Source: a virus
Length of the DNA: 64,000 bases
Direction: 5' to 3' (one strand)
IMG/VR virus record: IMGVR_UViG_3300031707_002715
Coordinates: 62,452 to 126,451 of that record
Shown here: piece by piece, positions 38,418 to 47,740 of the stretch
How positions within the stretch are numbered: the stretch's first letter is position 1
Layout: each line of letters begins with the position of its first letter
Made by a program: the position numbers and the translations under genes
Notes under the pieces: generated by a model
Told to the model about the DNA's origin: nothing
The model's database searches: none
What the model saw: only the letters and a program-made list of their open reading frames with translations

Positions 38418-41384
38418 TTAGAACCCATCTATTATTTCAAATTCGCTCTCTTGCTCACAGATTTCTCTCCTCTTCTTATAATGACCCAACAAATATCTAA
38501 CATTATCTTTAAAATCTATCACTATAGCTTCTGTCTTACCATCTGATGGTCGTAATGTCCTACCAATCCTTTGAATCATTCGTGTCGGTGATTTACCAGC
38601 GCCCGCCAATATTAACGAATCAAGTGCTGGGATATTCAAACCCTCATCTGCCAAAGAATTATGACACAACACACCAGGACCGTTAAAAAATACTTCAGTA
38701 TCTTCAACTGAAATATCATAAACATATTTTGGTTGACTTGTTTGATACGGATATAAATTTTCAATCTTAGTTATCGGTACATTAGCGAACTTATCATTTA
38801 CTTTTAATTTTAAATAACTTTGTCCAGGTCTTGTATTCATATCAGGCGTTCGTCCCAAATCAAACAAATTATGTTTAACAGTTAATTGATACCCCCAATT
38901 TTTAGATCGTATTCTATGCTCAGACTTTAATAAATTACCTTCTAAATCTACATTCGGTTTACGACATTTAAATGAAAAATTGTTAATATCATTATTTAGT
39001 AATATTCCAATCACGCCATCTAGTAATTGTTTACTTACTGAAACAAATGTAAAACTGTATTTATTATTAAACGACCCATCAGTCAAAAAATAACCATACA
39101 AGAAGCCCATTTGAATCTCTTTTGAACTATTGAAAATAAATTGTGGCACTTTCTTAACTAAAGCGTTGCCCAACATTCCAAATATATCAGCTATCAAATA
39201 AGCCATTAACTTACCAGCAATTTTTATTCCTGTTGTTCCACCATGACCTCGTTTAAATTTCAAATCAGGAAAAATTGTCCTTAAGCACTCTTCCATTAAC
39301 TCAACAGATTTTTCCTTAACAAACTTGACTCCAGCAGTTTGTCCCTTAAAACATAAACAAAAACTACCTTTTGTCATGTGACCATCGCCGATTAACATGC
39401 CACAAATCTGACCCAATTTTACAGAATTTTTCAAAATAAATGGTAATCCAAAGTCACCCTTTCTACTTCTTTTGTAAAATATCTTAGCTTTTAACTTGTC
39501 TCGATGCTTAAATTTTAAAACACTATCAACAGAACATCTATATTTCCGTTTCTTATACTTAACATTTTCATTAAACCATATTACAAAATCTTTATAAAAT
39601 TGATCTTTATTTTCTAAACGCTTTACTGCATCTTTTTCAGTATCACCTGAAATATCTCGACATTGTTTTTTTAGAACTAGATATTCAGACTTAATAAATC
39701 TCATTGTTGAATTATTGAATTGCATGAAACTTTGATTCCTGTCAAGTCGGACTTCTAACTTTTCCACAAATGGACATTTTGAAAATTCATACAAAAGATC
39801 AAATTTATCTACTTTAACAACTTGATTTAATGGCAGTCTCAAAGCAGTAACAATGTTATTACCTAATTCAGGCAATACTTTCTTCAATTGTCTATTGTCA
39901 TAAGATATTAATGAATGATTTTCAGTTACTAAAGCAATTCGTCCTGACTTGAGTCTAACTCTTAACACATTATTTTTACATTCATGTCTATGAACATGCG
40001 TAATTCTTTTCCATACAATTTTATTGTTCAAAAATGACAGAGTCTCATATTGTTCATCAAAATGTGTCAAATATTTCTCAACAAAGTCACCAATTTTTAC
40101 TAAATCAACATGTCTCTTTGAATTTCTAATCCATATTGTTTCATTGTGATCTAAAGAAGTACCCACGAGCACATCTAGCTGTCTATTTCTCACTTGATTG
40201 ATATACTTTTTCCTCACCATCTTATCAACATGGCTGTATATAAACTCGACAGATATACCTCCGACTTCATTTATCATTTTTGTCAGTAAATGACCATGTT
40301 TTTTAGTTGTGACAGTTATCAACACAGACTTATTCAAACTCTTTAATCGTTTAACACAATCGACAATCAATGTATTACGATACAAATTATTTACGATATA
40401 AGTCTTATAAATCGAATTATATCGCTTGCGGCTAAATTTATACTTAGAATTTTTAGAACCTTGCAAATAGTAAATCTTCGGCCTAACTAAATACTCGTTC
40501 TTAATCAAATATGAAGCCGACACTCTGCTAATAATCTTACCGGCATATGCCTGCAAAATCATGTCCTTACCTTGACCAGTTTCGGGGGTCGCAGACATGG
40601 CTATCTTGAAATACGCAGACCTACAAGCCTTTATCGTCTCGATATATGTTCTAGCAGAGATATGCTGACATTCATCGATCATCACACATTGAACAGATTG
40701 TATGAATTTTTTTACATTCTCATCTCTGATAAAACTCTTTTTTACGATTTCATCTTCTTCCATCTGCTCTTTTTCGATCTCATCAAACGGTATATATTTC
40801 TTATCTAACACTGAATGAATCGTCTGTATCATACACACATTTATTTTCTGAATATCACAAGTTCCACCACCAATCTTACCAATCGGCACTCGCAATAATT
40901 CTCTCAAATCGTCGTAAGCCTGCTCAAATAAATCACCCGTATGCACTACGAATATCGACGAAACATTTAATTTAGCTAAAATAGCACCTGCAATAATTGT
41001 TTTCCCACCACCAGTAGCAATCTGGATTACAAATCGTTGACTTTCATCAGACGTGTCAACGATACCTTGTTGATAGGGTCTTAATTTTACACCATACAGT
41101 TTTAGCGGTTTATTAACGGCGGGTTTTATTCGGTTGTCCACGACATCATATGTAATATTATGGGCATCAAAAACATCAGCAGCTTTTGAAAATAATCCTG
41201 TAGGAAATGACTGTTTTAATTTATTAAAAAGATGATGTTCTAAAGTAATAAAATTGAAACCATTAAACTCTAAAGTCTTATAAGTCATTGCTGTCGACAA
41301 ATCATAGATAATACTATTATCTAGATCACCAATCACTTTGATATTTACATTACCGACTTCAAGTCTCATAATTTTAATAATCAT
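38418..41384 (-). CDS. SF2 DExH helicase (UvsW/type III Res-like) containing an intein
   Basis: LRPYQ, ATGGGKT, DECQH, SATP, DEGLNIP, IQRIGRTLR. Confidence 0.9.
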   Translation of the reverse strand: MIIKIMRLEVGNVNIKVIGDLDNSIIYDLSTAMTYKTLEFNGFNFITLEHHLFNKLKQSFPTGLFSKAADVFDAHNITYDVVDNRIKPAVNKPLKLYGVKLRPYQQGIVDTSDESQRFVIQIATGGGKTIIAGAILAKLNVSSIFVVHTGDLFEQAYDDLRELLRVPIGKIGGGTCDIQKINVCMIQTIHSVLDKKYIPFDEIEKEQMEEDEIVKKSFIRDENVKKFIQSVQCVMIDECQHISARTYIETIKACRSAYFKIAMSATPETGQGKDMILQAYAGKIISRVSASYLIKNEYLVRPKIYYLQGSKNSKYKFSRKRYNSIYKTYIVNNLYRNTLIVDCVKRLKSLNKSVLITVTTKKHGHLLTKMINEVGGISVEFIYSHVDKMVRKKYINQVRNRQLDVLVGTSLDHNETIWIRNSKRHVDLVKIGDFVEKYLTHFDEQYETLSFLNNKIVWKRITHVHRHECKNNVLRVRLKSGRIALVTENHSLISYDNRQLKKVLPELGNNIVTALRLPLNQVVKVDKFDLLYEFSKCPFVEKLEVRLDRNQSFMQFNNSTMRFIKSEYLVLKKQCRDISGDTEKDAVKRLENKDQFYKDFVIWFNENVKYKKRKYRCSVDSVLKFKHRDKLKAKIFYKRSRKGDFGLPFILKNSVKLGQICGMLIGDGHMTKGSFCLCFKGQTAGVKFVKEKSVELMEECLRTIFPDLKFKRGHGGTTGIKIAGKLMAYLIADIFGMLGNALVKKVPQFIFNSSKEIQMGFLYGYFLTDGSFNNKYSFTFVSVSKQLLDGVIGILLNNDINNFSFKCRKPNVDLEGNLLKSEHRIRSKNWGYQLTVKHNLFDLGRTPDMNTRPGQSYLKLKVNDKFANVPITKIENLYPYQTSQPKYVYDISVEDTEVFFNGPGVLCHNSLADEGLNIPALDSLILAGAGKSPTRMIQRIGRTLRPSDGKTEAIVIDFKDNVRYLLGHYKKRREICEQESEFEIIDGF
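38658..40157 (-). mobile_element. 500-aa intein with LAGLIDADG homing endonuclease
   Basis: LVGT/SLDHNE...VTENHS...GMLIGDG...GYFLTDG...YVYDISV...LCHN/SLADEG; removal restores motif V GTSLADEG. Confidence 0.9.
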
Positions 41385-41410
41385 ATAAAAAATCTATGAT
41401 TCTAAACATA

Positions 41411-41437
41411 AAAAAGCTGGTTTTTAAACCAGCTTTC
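41411..41437. terminator. Terminator-like hairpin at a strand switch
   Basis: AAAGCTGGTTT/AAACCAGCTTT. Confidence 0.55.
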
Positions 41438-41484
41438 AAATCATTCACTCTAATTACACTTTTCTCTCAACTGGAACAATAATT

Positions 41485-41856
41485 GTGATCGGTGCTATTC
41501 ATACCAATATAAAACAGGATGTTACGGAAATTTATAAGAAAGCTATAGCTACTGGTAAGGTACATATCCTCGGGCATTTAACCGGACGATTGATAAATAC
41601 ACGACCCGGACACGAGATGGACATCGAAGCTATTTTGCAAGAGTGCAAGAAACGTAATGTAGCGATCGAGTTTAATTGTCAGCCGAATCGGTTAGATGTC
41701 GATGAGAATATAATGATGAGGTGCAAGCAATTAGGTATCAAAATAGCGCTTGGGTCAGATGCACACGAGAAACACCAGATTAGTTATGTAAAAAGTTACG
41801 GTGTTTGGCTCGGTCGCAGGGCATGGTTGACAAAGAATGATTTATTTTCAAAGTGA
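41485..41856 (+). pseudogene. C-terminal fragment of a PolX-type PHP domain
   Basis: ILGHLTGRLI, IEFN.QPNRLD, LGSDAH; N-terminal metal-binding motifs and polymerase domain absent; no RBS seen. Confidence 0.7.
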
Positions 41857-42000
41857 GAAACGTCAATGACCAAAGAAACTCGTTGCTCATTAAAAAGAAA
41901 CCGTATTTCTCCAGATTGTTTTCATTTCAACAAGGAACATCATGCTTACATACAAATTTGATCGATCTTGGCCTAAAACAGAATTAGAAATTCTGAATAG

Positions 42001-43216
42001 ATGACGGGCCGCAATCCACGGGGTTTTAACCCCAGTGGTTAGGCCTGCAAGATTTTTCGTTTTGTTGTTGACAACGCTAATGTGTCAGCAGAAACCATAC
42101 AACGTTACATCAAAAACCAATCATGATAACTTCAACCTTAAAACTTCGTCTCAACAAAAAGCAAGAAGCCACACTCAACGGTTGGCTGTGGAATCTTACG
42201 GGTGTTTATAATTGGGGCTTGCGGAAGATAGAGCTAAACGCGCAAGACAAGATTTACTTTTCGGCTTTTGATTTTGTCAATCTTCTCGCGGATCACGGGA
42301 AGAAATTAGACATTCCTTCCCACACTATTCAAGGAACTCTATCTCAAGTCTATACGGCATGGAAAAGATGTTTTAAAAAGATTAGCGGGAAACCGCATTT
42401 TAAAGGCGTGCAAAACAAATTAAATTCTATATCCTTTCCGGACCGCATTCACCCGCCGAAAGAAAATCACATCAGCATTCCCGGCATCGGGAAAATACGT
42501 TATCACAAACAGGACCTTCCATCGGGAACAATTAAGAACGGCAGAATTATTAAGCGGGCCTCTGGCTGGTACTTGTGCCTTTTTATCAAGGCACAGCGGG
42601 AACTTATTATCTGCACCGGCAACGGAGAGATAGGAATCGACCCCGGCTTTAAAAGCCTGTTGACTTTATCAACTGGCGAGAAGATAGAACACCCTCGGGA
42701 ACTGGAGTTGGCCGCAAAAAGGCTGGCGCAAGCGCAACGGGGACACGACTTAACTTTAGCGGCACTAATTCATGAACGGGTTGCTAACCAGAAGAAAGAC
42801 CGCAATCATAAATTGTCCCTGCGGCTCGTTAAAGAAAACGAGTTAATTGCTTTTAGTAAAGATAATATCAAGGGCATTGCAAAGAAATTTGGCAAATCCG
42901 TGTCCAGTTCTGGACACTATCAGTTGCGACAAATGATTTCCTATAAGAGCAATTCCTGCGGTAGGAAATACGTCGAACCTGATTCGAGAAATTCCACCAG
43001 GATGTGTGCCGCCTGTAAAGCCTTGACTGGCCCTACAGGCTTATCACAACTGTCGGTGATAGAATGGGTGTGTTCGGCTTGTGGTGCCGTATTGGATCGA
43101 GATGTAAACTCGGCCATAAACACCCTTATCGGGGCGGGTGCCGCCTACGAGGTGCATCATGCAGCAGCATGATTGCAGTCAGGAATCTGCGGGGATTTAT
43201 CCCCGGCAGAGGCTCA
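42001..43216 (+). mobile_element. IS605-type tnpB-only element, copy B
   Basis: Left hairpin CCACGGGGTT-TT-AACCCCAGTGG; tnpA relic NVSAETIQRYIKNQS; right end ...CCCCGGCAGAGGCTCA. Confidence 0.85.
42123..43172 (+). CDS. tnpB: TnpB
   Basis: IGIDPG, STRMCAAC, CSACG, DRDVNSAIN. Confidence 0.9.
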   Translation: MITSTLKLRLNKKQEATLNGWLWNLTGVYNWGLRKIELNAQDKIYFSAFDFVNLLADHGKKLDIPSHTIQGTLSQVYTAWKRCFKKISGKPHFKGVQNKLNSISFPDRIHPPKENHISIPGIGKIRYHKQDLPSGTIKNGRIIKRASGWYLCLFIKAQRELIICTGNGEIGIDPGFKSLLTLSTGEKIEHPRELELAAKRLAQAQRGHDLTLAALIHERVANQKKDRNHKLSLRLVKENELIAFSKDNIKGIAKKFGKSVSSSGHYQLRQMISYKSNSCGRKYVEPDSRNSTRMCAACKALTGPTGLSQLSVIEWVCSACGAVLDRDVNSAINTLIGAGAAYEVHHAAA

Positions 43217-43342
43217 ATCTCTTTTCTTGATCAAGACATTCTTACCGGAAAATGCTGCTACGAGCATCATGAATCTGGAGTCTTGGAAAAATGATATCCC
43301 GCAGCGAGAGTATGACAACATGCGTAACTGGTTATTGGCGTT

Positions 43343-43876
43343 ATGAACAGGTTCATTTCATCATTAGAATTGCTCCAGGAGTATCGAAAAATCAAACCGT
43401 TCGCTATTGAATTTCGTGAGGGACTTAATGTGCTTGTTGGAGAAAATGGAGCCGGCAAGTCTACAATCTTTCATTTGATGATCGAAGAAGCTGCAAATAA
43501 AAGTCTAGTACGAATAGATTTTCGTCCAGTAGAGTATCGTTTCTTTGATACTGAAAAACAAAATCCACGAACTCGAGGCGAAATCAAAGCGGAATTCGAT
43601 ATTGTTAGTCGTTTTTGTTCGCACGGTGAAACTATTTTTGCTATCGTAGATGAGTGTAAAAAGTTCAAAGACACTCTTTTGTTGATCGATGAGCCTGAAG
43701 CAGGAGTTTCGATACGTAATCAAAGAAAATTGGTCGATGCATTTCAAGAAGCTATAGTTAATGGATGTCAGGTAATAGTGGCCACTCACTCGTTCGTAAT
43801 TATCCAAAGCGTTCTGACTGTTTTTAGCCTTGACTCAAGAACTTGGATGACGTCGAAAGAATATCTTTCATTATGA
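43343..43876 (+). CDS. Stand-alone ABC/AAA-type ATPase
   Basis: GENGAGKST, SHGE, LLIDEPE, IVATHS. Confidence 0.85.
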   Translation: MNRFISSLELLQEYRKIKPFAIEFREGLNVLVGENGAGKSTIFHLMIEEAANKSLVRIDFRPVEYRFFDTEKQNPRTRGEIKAEFDIVSRFCSHGETIFAIVDECKKFKDTLLLIDEPEAGVSIRNQRKLVDAFQEAIVNGCQVIVATHSFVIIQSVLTVFSLDSRTWMTSKEYLSL

Positions 43877-44052
43877 ATATGAACCGTGAACAATTCTGCA
43901 GTGAATGTCGCGATCCAACAGGTCGTGCTGGTAATTTTCACGAATCGTTGTTCGTGCAAATTCCCGGAGAAGATGAACCAAAGGGACCGTTATGTGACAC
44001 ATGTGCAGATGCACTGTCTAATGAGTACAGCGTAGAGATTCAAAGGATATAA
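43843..44052 (+). CDS. Small CxxC...CxxC zinc-binding protein
   Basis: CSEC...GPLCDTC. Confidence 0.55.
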   Translation: MDDVERISFIMNMNREQFCSECRDPTGRAGNFHESLFVQIPGEDEPKGPLCDTCADALSNEYSVEIQRI

Positions 44053-44054
44053 AT

Positions 44055-44228
44055 ATGAAAAAATTTGAACAAGCAATTTTTATACTCCGTCGTAGACAAA
44101 AAATGCTACAAACATACATTAAAATTCAAGAAAAGAATGCAGGTCGTATTGAATCTTGGTTTCGAGACAGTCTTCTAGCTGAAATTAATGAATTAAAACA
44201 AGCAATTAACGTACTTAAGAAATATTAA
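44055..44228 (+). CDS. Small coiled-coil protein (not in ORF track)
   Basis: AAGGA RBS; MKKFEQAIFILRRR...AINVLKKY*. Confidence 0.5.
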   Translation: MKKFEQAIFILRRRQKMLQTYIKIQEKNAGRIESWFRDSLLAEINELKQAINVLKKY

Positions 44229-44277
44229 ATTTCATGTCGACAGAAATCGCAATCATCAATTCATTGGAAAGCAAAAA

Positions 44278-44853
44278 ATGGACGCGACAAAATTAGTCAG
44301 TAAGCTTGTCGAAAAATTTGGTAGTGATGTAGTTCGATCAGCATATCACGTACAAATCTTGTCTAATAAAGGACCTCACGATATTTGGATTAACAAATTC
44401 AATGAGATAAAGTTCAAACTTGTTGGAAATAGAAATTCTAAAGATAACGTATCGATAGATTTCATTATACAAAGCGTTCAATCCACACAAAAATCACATT
44501 TTGACAAGATGCGAGAGATGCTAGATTTAGCTAAGTTCGTTAATGAATGCGAACAACGAGCAAGAGGAGAAATTGCTATTTTTACTGATGCAGGATTTAA
44601 AGGCGGCAATGCGCGAATCGCTGCAGTATTTGTAAACGGCGACAATATTGAAGCGAAATCTCAGTTAATTGAAGCAGTAAACAATAGTATTGCAGAGTTT
44701 AGTGCGATTAAACTCGGTTTATCGATGCATTCTGCTGCTCCGGTTTATAACGATAATCAGAGCATTGTTTTAACTATGCAGAACGAACGCGTGAAGTGGC
44801 TGTCGAGGACTCAAAATAAGGCAGCTGATCAGATAGGAAACATGAGACAATGA
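44278..44853 (+). CDS. RNase HI-like domain protein
   Basis: IFTDAG, NSIAEFSAI, YNDNQ, WLSRTQNKAAD. Confidence 0.75.
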   Translation: MDATKLVSKLVEKFGSDVVRSAYHVQILSNKGPHDIWINKFNEIKFKLVGNRNSKDNVSIDFIIQSVQSTQKSHFDKMREMLDLAKFVNECEQRARGEIAIFTDAGFKGGNARIAAVFVNGDNIEAKSQLIEAVNNSIAEFSAIKLGLSMHSAAPVYNDNQSIVLTMQNERVKWLSRTQNKAADQIGNMRQ

Positions 44854-45542
44854 GAATTTTATCTATTGATTGGGACTATTTCTTTCCTGACATCAATAAT
44901 TATGATTGGTGCGCAAATGAAGAGAATTCATTATTTTACGAAGCAATTTGGTTCTGTCGTTGCTATTCTCATAATTTGGTCACTAAAAAAGAAGCATTAT
45001 TCGAATACATTCCAACAATTCCTGAAAATTTTTGGTCGATAGTTAAAAATCGACCTAAATTATATTTAGCTGACTCTCATTCACAAATTTGGCACTTAAT
45101 TTCGCAATTATCTGGTTGTATTGTCGACAGCTTCGATGCGCATCATGATTACGGGTATAAAAATAAACCTGACGTCGTCGATTGTAGTAACTGGGGACAG
45201 CACGGTTTGCGTTTATGTGATATCAGCGAATTAAATTTATACTATCCTGGATGGCGAGAAAAGTACAAAGAATCTAAAGGCATTATTGGGCCGACTAACA
45301 CACATTATGGTTTGCCAGGACCGAATAATTACGACGCAGTATTCGTTTGTAGGTCGAGCTGTTGGACACCGCCGTGGCACGACGTTAGTTTTAAACGATT
45401 TATCAGCCGGTCAAATCTCGATAATAATCTTATGGATCAAAAAGTTTGGAACAGACGATCGTTGACGATGAGAGAAGCTAAAAAAATAAGGCTTATCGAT
45501 AAGGCGCGCATTGAACAATTGATGAAAGCTAATCATGTATAA
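44850..45542 (+). CDS. UPF0489/arginase-fold-like metallohydrolase
   Basis: ILSIDWDYFF, DSH, FDAHHD, CRSSCWTPP. Confidence 0.65.
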   Translation: MRILSIDWDYFFPDINNYDWCANEENSLFYEAIWFCRCYSHNLVTKKEALFEYIPTIPENFWSIVKNRPKLYLADSHSQIWHLISQLSGCIVDSFDAHHDYGYKNKPDVVDCSNWGQHGLRLCDISELNLYYPGWREKYKESKGIIGPTNTHYGLPGPNNYDAVFVCRSSCWTPPWHDVSFKRFISRSNLDNNLMDQKVWNRRSLTMREAKKIRLIDKARIEQLMKANHV

Positions 45543-45759
45543 CATCGATATTTGTTGTGATATCGGCAGACAAATGAGACAGATTCGTCAGCACTTGAAC
45601 ATGACTCAAAAAGAAATTGCAACTGCTATTAATGAATCTGCTGCATTACTTTCTTATTATGAAAATAATAAACGACAGCAAAGTGTCGACGTCTTGCGTA
45701 AATTTTTACTTTATTGTCGCAACGACGTCGTGCCGGTGGATTCTTACAATAATGTCTGA
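45535..45759 (+). CDS. XRE-family HTH regulator
   Basis: IRQHLNMTQKEIA...LSYYENNKR. Confidence 0.8.
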   Translation: MYNIDICCDIGRQMRQIRQHLNMTQKEIATAINESAALLSYYENNKRQQSVDVLRKFLLYCRNDVVPVDSYNNV

Positions 45760-45764
45760 TGTAT

Positions 45765-45798
45765 AGAAAAGCTCGTCAATAAATTTGACGAGCTTTCT
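45765..45798 (+). terminator. Rho-independent terminator
   Basis: AAAGCTCGTCAA/TTGACGAGCTTT. Confidence 0.75.
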
Positions 45799-45899
45799 GT
45801 TCTTCTTGTACTAATTTCTGTTTTACTAATTTGTTCTTCTTGTACTAATTTCTGTTTTACTAATTTGTTCTTCTTGTACTAATTTCTGTTTTACTAATT
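45798..45899. repeat. Tandem repeat, 3 x 34 bp (TGTTCTTCTTGTACTAATTTCTGTTTTACTAATT)
   Basis: Units start at 45798, 45832, 45866; related 2 x 17 bp TTTTAGTTCTTCACTAA near 46043-46078. Confidence 0.9.
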
Positions 45900-46212
45900 T
45901 TGTACTGTTACCAATTTTGTACTGTAACATCTAGTATAAGAAGTGGTTCTCCCAGCTTCCATGCGCGCATTTGATTTTTAGTAATGCTTTACTATGTGAG
46001 GGTTAATTACAACGACCTCAGCGCGCCGTGCTAAATAATCAACTTTTAGTTCTTCACTAATTTTAGTTCTTCACTAATTATAAGTTTTTTGTTACGTCAT
46101 AATCTGCCTCCTTTTTCTATCTCCGGTCATACGCACGATGAGGGTCTCAACCTCACCGGCACATATTATTGGGCCTCAGCCATTTAGCGAAGTGCGGGGT
46201 CTTTCCCGGATG

Positions 46213-46425
46213 TCATCGTTTTTCTGGACCGCTGTCCGTATAACTTGCTGGTATCTGCTGTGAGTCTTTATCGATGAAACTTGATAATATTGCGGCGATT
46301 GTCTGGTTAATTTTCTCCTGTGATGCCGATTCAGGAAGGAGATGTGGTTCTGCCACAGGCTTATTTGCTACTATAGACCAAAAAGCATCTGGGATGTTTG
46401 GCTTAGTAATCGTTACTTCATTCAT
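46213..46425 (-). CDS. Hypothetical protein
   Basis: AGGAGG RBS. Confidence 0.5.
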   Translation of the reverse strand: MNEVTITKPNIPDAFWSIVANKPVAEPHLLPESASQEKINQTIAAILSSFIDKDSQQIPASYTDSGPEKR

Positions 46426-46484
46426 ATTACCTCCTGAGCAATTTTACAGCGCTGGTTTCCCTTGACTACTTATTTCAACAATTT

Positions 46485-46844
46485 AGTCCACACAATAAAG
46501 AGATTATCATCTTTTTGGCCACACAGGACATAATTTAGGATTATCTTTATCCTGTGCCTTATCACAGTCTTTTAAAGCTTTCTTAATCTCTTGTGCAGAC
46601 TTCATTTTGTTATTTATATATTATTTTATTTTAGAATCCGGATCACCAGTCAACACCCATCTGAGAGCATTCCGACAAGACGCTGTCGATTGGGCAGCAG
46701 CACCGACAAAAGTCGTACAGTCCACACAATAAAGATTATCATCTTTTGGCCACACAGGACATAATTTAGGATTATCTTTATCCTGTGCCTTATCACAGTC
46801 TTTTAAAGCTTTCTTAATCTCTTGTGCAGACTTCATTTTGTTAT
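46485..46844. repeat. ~126-bp direct repeat (46485-46613, 46719-46844)
   Basis: Duplicated 5' half of the Cys-rich gene; the left copy has 3 extra nt and a premature stop. Confidence 0.9.
46621..46836 (-). CDS. Small Cys-rich protein
   Basis: GGAG RBS; MKSAQEIK...CVDC...ALRWVL. Confidence 0.6.
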   Translation of the reverse strand: MKSAQEIKKALKDCDKAQDKDNPKLCPVWPKDDNLYCVDCTTFVGAAAQSTASCRNALRWVLTGDPDSKIK

Positions 46845-47083
46845 CTCCAGGCTCCAAAAGGAGTATTCGGACGGACGGTCACGTTACCGTTTGGGTTGAG
46901 TTCGACGAAATGATCGTCAAATTCTCCCACACCGACATCATAATACTGAGACAAAACTTCAAGAGCAAAGTCTGCAGCAGCTTGTTCCGGAGTTCGCTCA
47001 AATCTTCCGAGAGAAGGGTCAACGTCGGCTGTACCTTCTCTAATATTCTTATCAATCTCAAAGATAAATTCTTTATCGTTCAT
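46841..47083 (-). CDS. Small acidic hypothetical protein
   Basis: Co-oriented ORF. Confidence 0.55.
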   Translation of the reverse strand: MNDKEFIFEIDKNIREGTADVDPSLGRFERTPEQAAADFALEVLSQYYDVGVGEFDDHFVELNPNGNVTVRPNTPFGAWR

Positions 47084-47086
47084 AAA

Positions 47087-47740
47087 TTAAGTCTTAATAG
47101 TATAATCTTTTGAATTATCATAGATTTGAGTAATTAACCATTTTTTTGCGTCTTGTTGATTTATAGCATTCTTATCAATTATTTTACAAAATTCATCGTA
47201 TGTGATCTTTGGAAATGTATGAATTGCTGAATTAGGTGAAACGTTGTAGATTTTAGTCAAATCATCTTTGTAAGCTTCGAAATATTTATTGCCCTTTAAA
47301 TAAGCGACTTCGTTTTGCATACCGCGATGTATAATATTATGAAAATGACTTTTATCATTCAAAAATTGACCATCGTATCCCAAAAGATAAATTTCTTTGA
47401 AATGTAATGCTATTCCTAACGATAATGCGAATAATCCAACTAAATAAGGATGATATAAACCAAATATTAATCCTCGAGAACCATAATATTTTTTTGATGC
47501 AGATAGTTGCAAAATATTGACAGGAACATCTCGACTATCTCTTGTTATTTTAATAGAATTTTTATTATCAATCATTTGTCTGTTATCTTTATAAAAATTT
47601 CGATCGATCCAGATAATAGCTGTTGGTTCATAAAAATGACACACATAATTAAGACCAAACGTAAATAAATTATCCAATTTATGCAAATCAAAATCTTTAA
47701 TACTAGACCCGCCACCAATGATAACTAATGTGTCATTCAT
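47087..47740 (-). CDS. DUF115/Maf-like (sialyltransferase-related) glycosyltransferase
   Basis: IIGGGSS, FGLN, EIYLLGYD, HFH, IYNVS. Confidence 0.7.
   Translation of the reverse strand: MNDTLVIIGGGSSIKDFDLHKLDNLFTFGLNYVCHFYEPTAIIWIDRNFYKDNRQMIDNKNSIKITRDSRDVPVNILQLSASKKYYGSRGLIFGLYHPYLVGLFALSLGIALHFKEIYLLGYDGQFLNDKSHFHNIIHRGMQNEVAYLKGNKYFEAYKDDLTKIYNVSPNSAIHTFPKITYDEFCKIIDKNAINQQDAKKWLITQIYDNSKDYTIKT

Larger units (their letters stand above)
41942..43346 (+). pseudogene. Small gene interrupted by tnpB element B
   Basis: MLTYKF...EILNR rejoins SLFLIKTF...NWLLAL*, whose TGA overlaps the next ATG (ATGA). Confidence 0.65.

Noticed and set aside
24795-43216. IStron (group I intron-IS fusion) explaining tolerated insertions in genes
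   Set aside because: No group I core motifs found at the left ends of these elements
45798-45899. CRISPR array
   Set aside because: The 34-bp units are directly adjacent with no unique spacers, and no cas genes are nearby
46100-46212. Self-cleaving ribozyme or riboswitch in a GC-rich patch
   Set aside because: Only short hairpins; I could not fit hammerhead, HDV-like or twister cores; may be a decayed coding fragment
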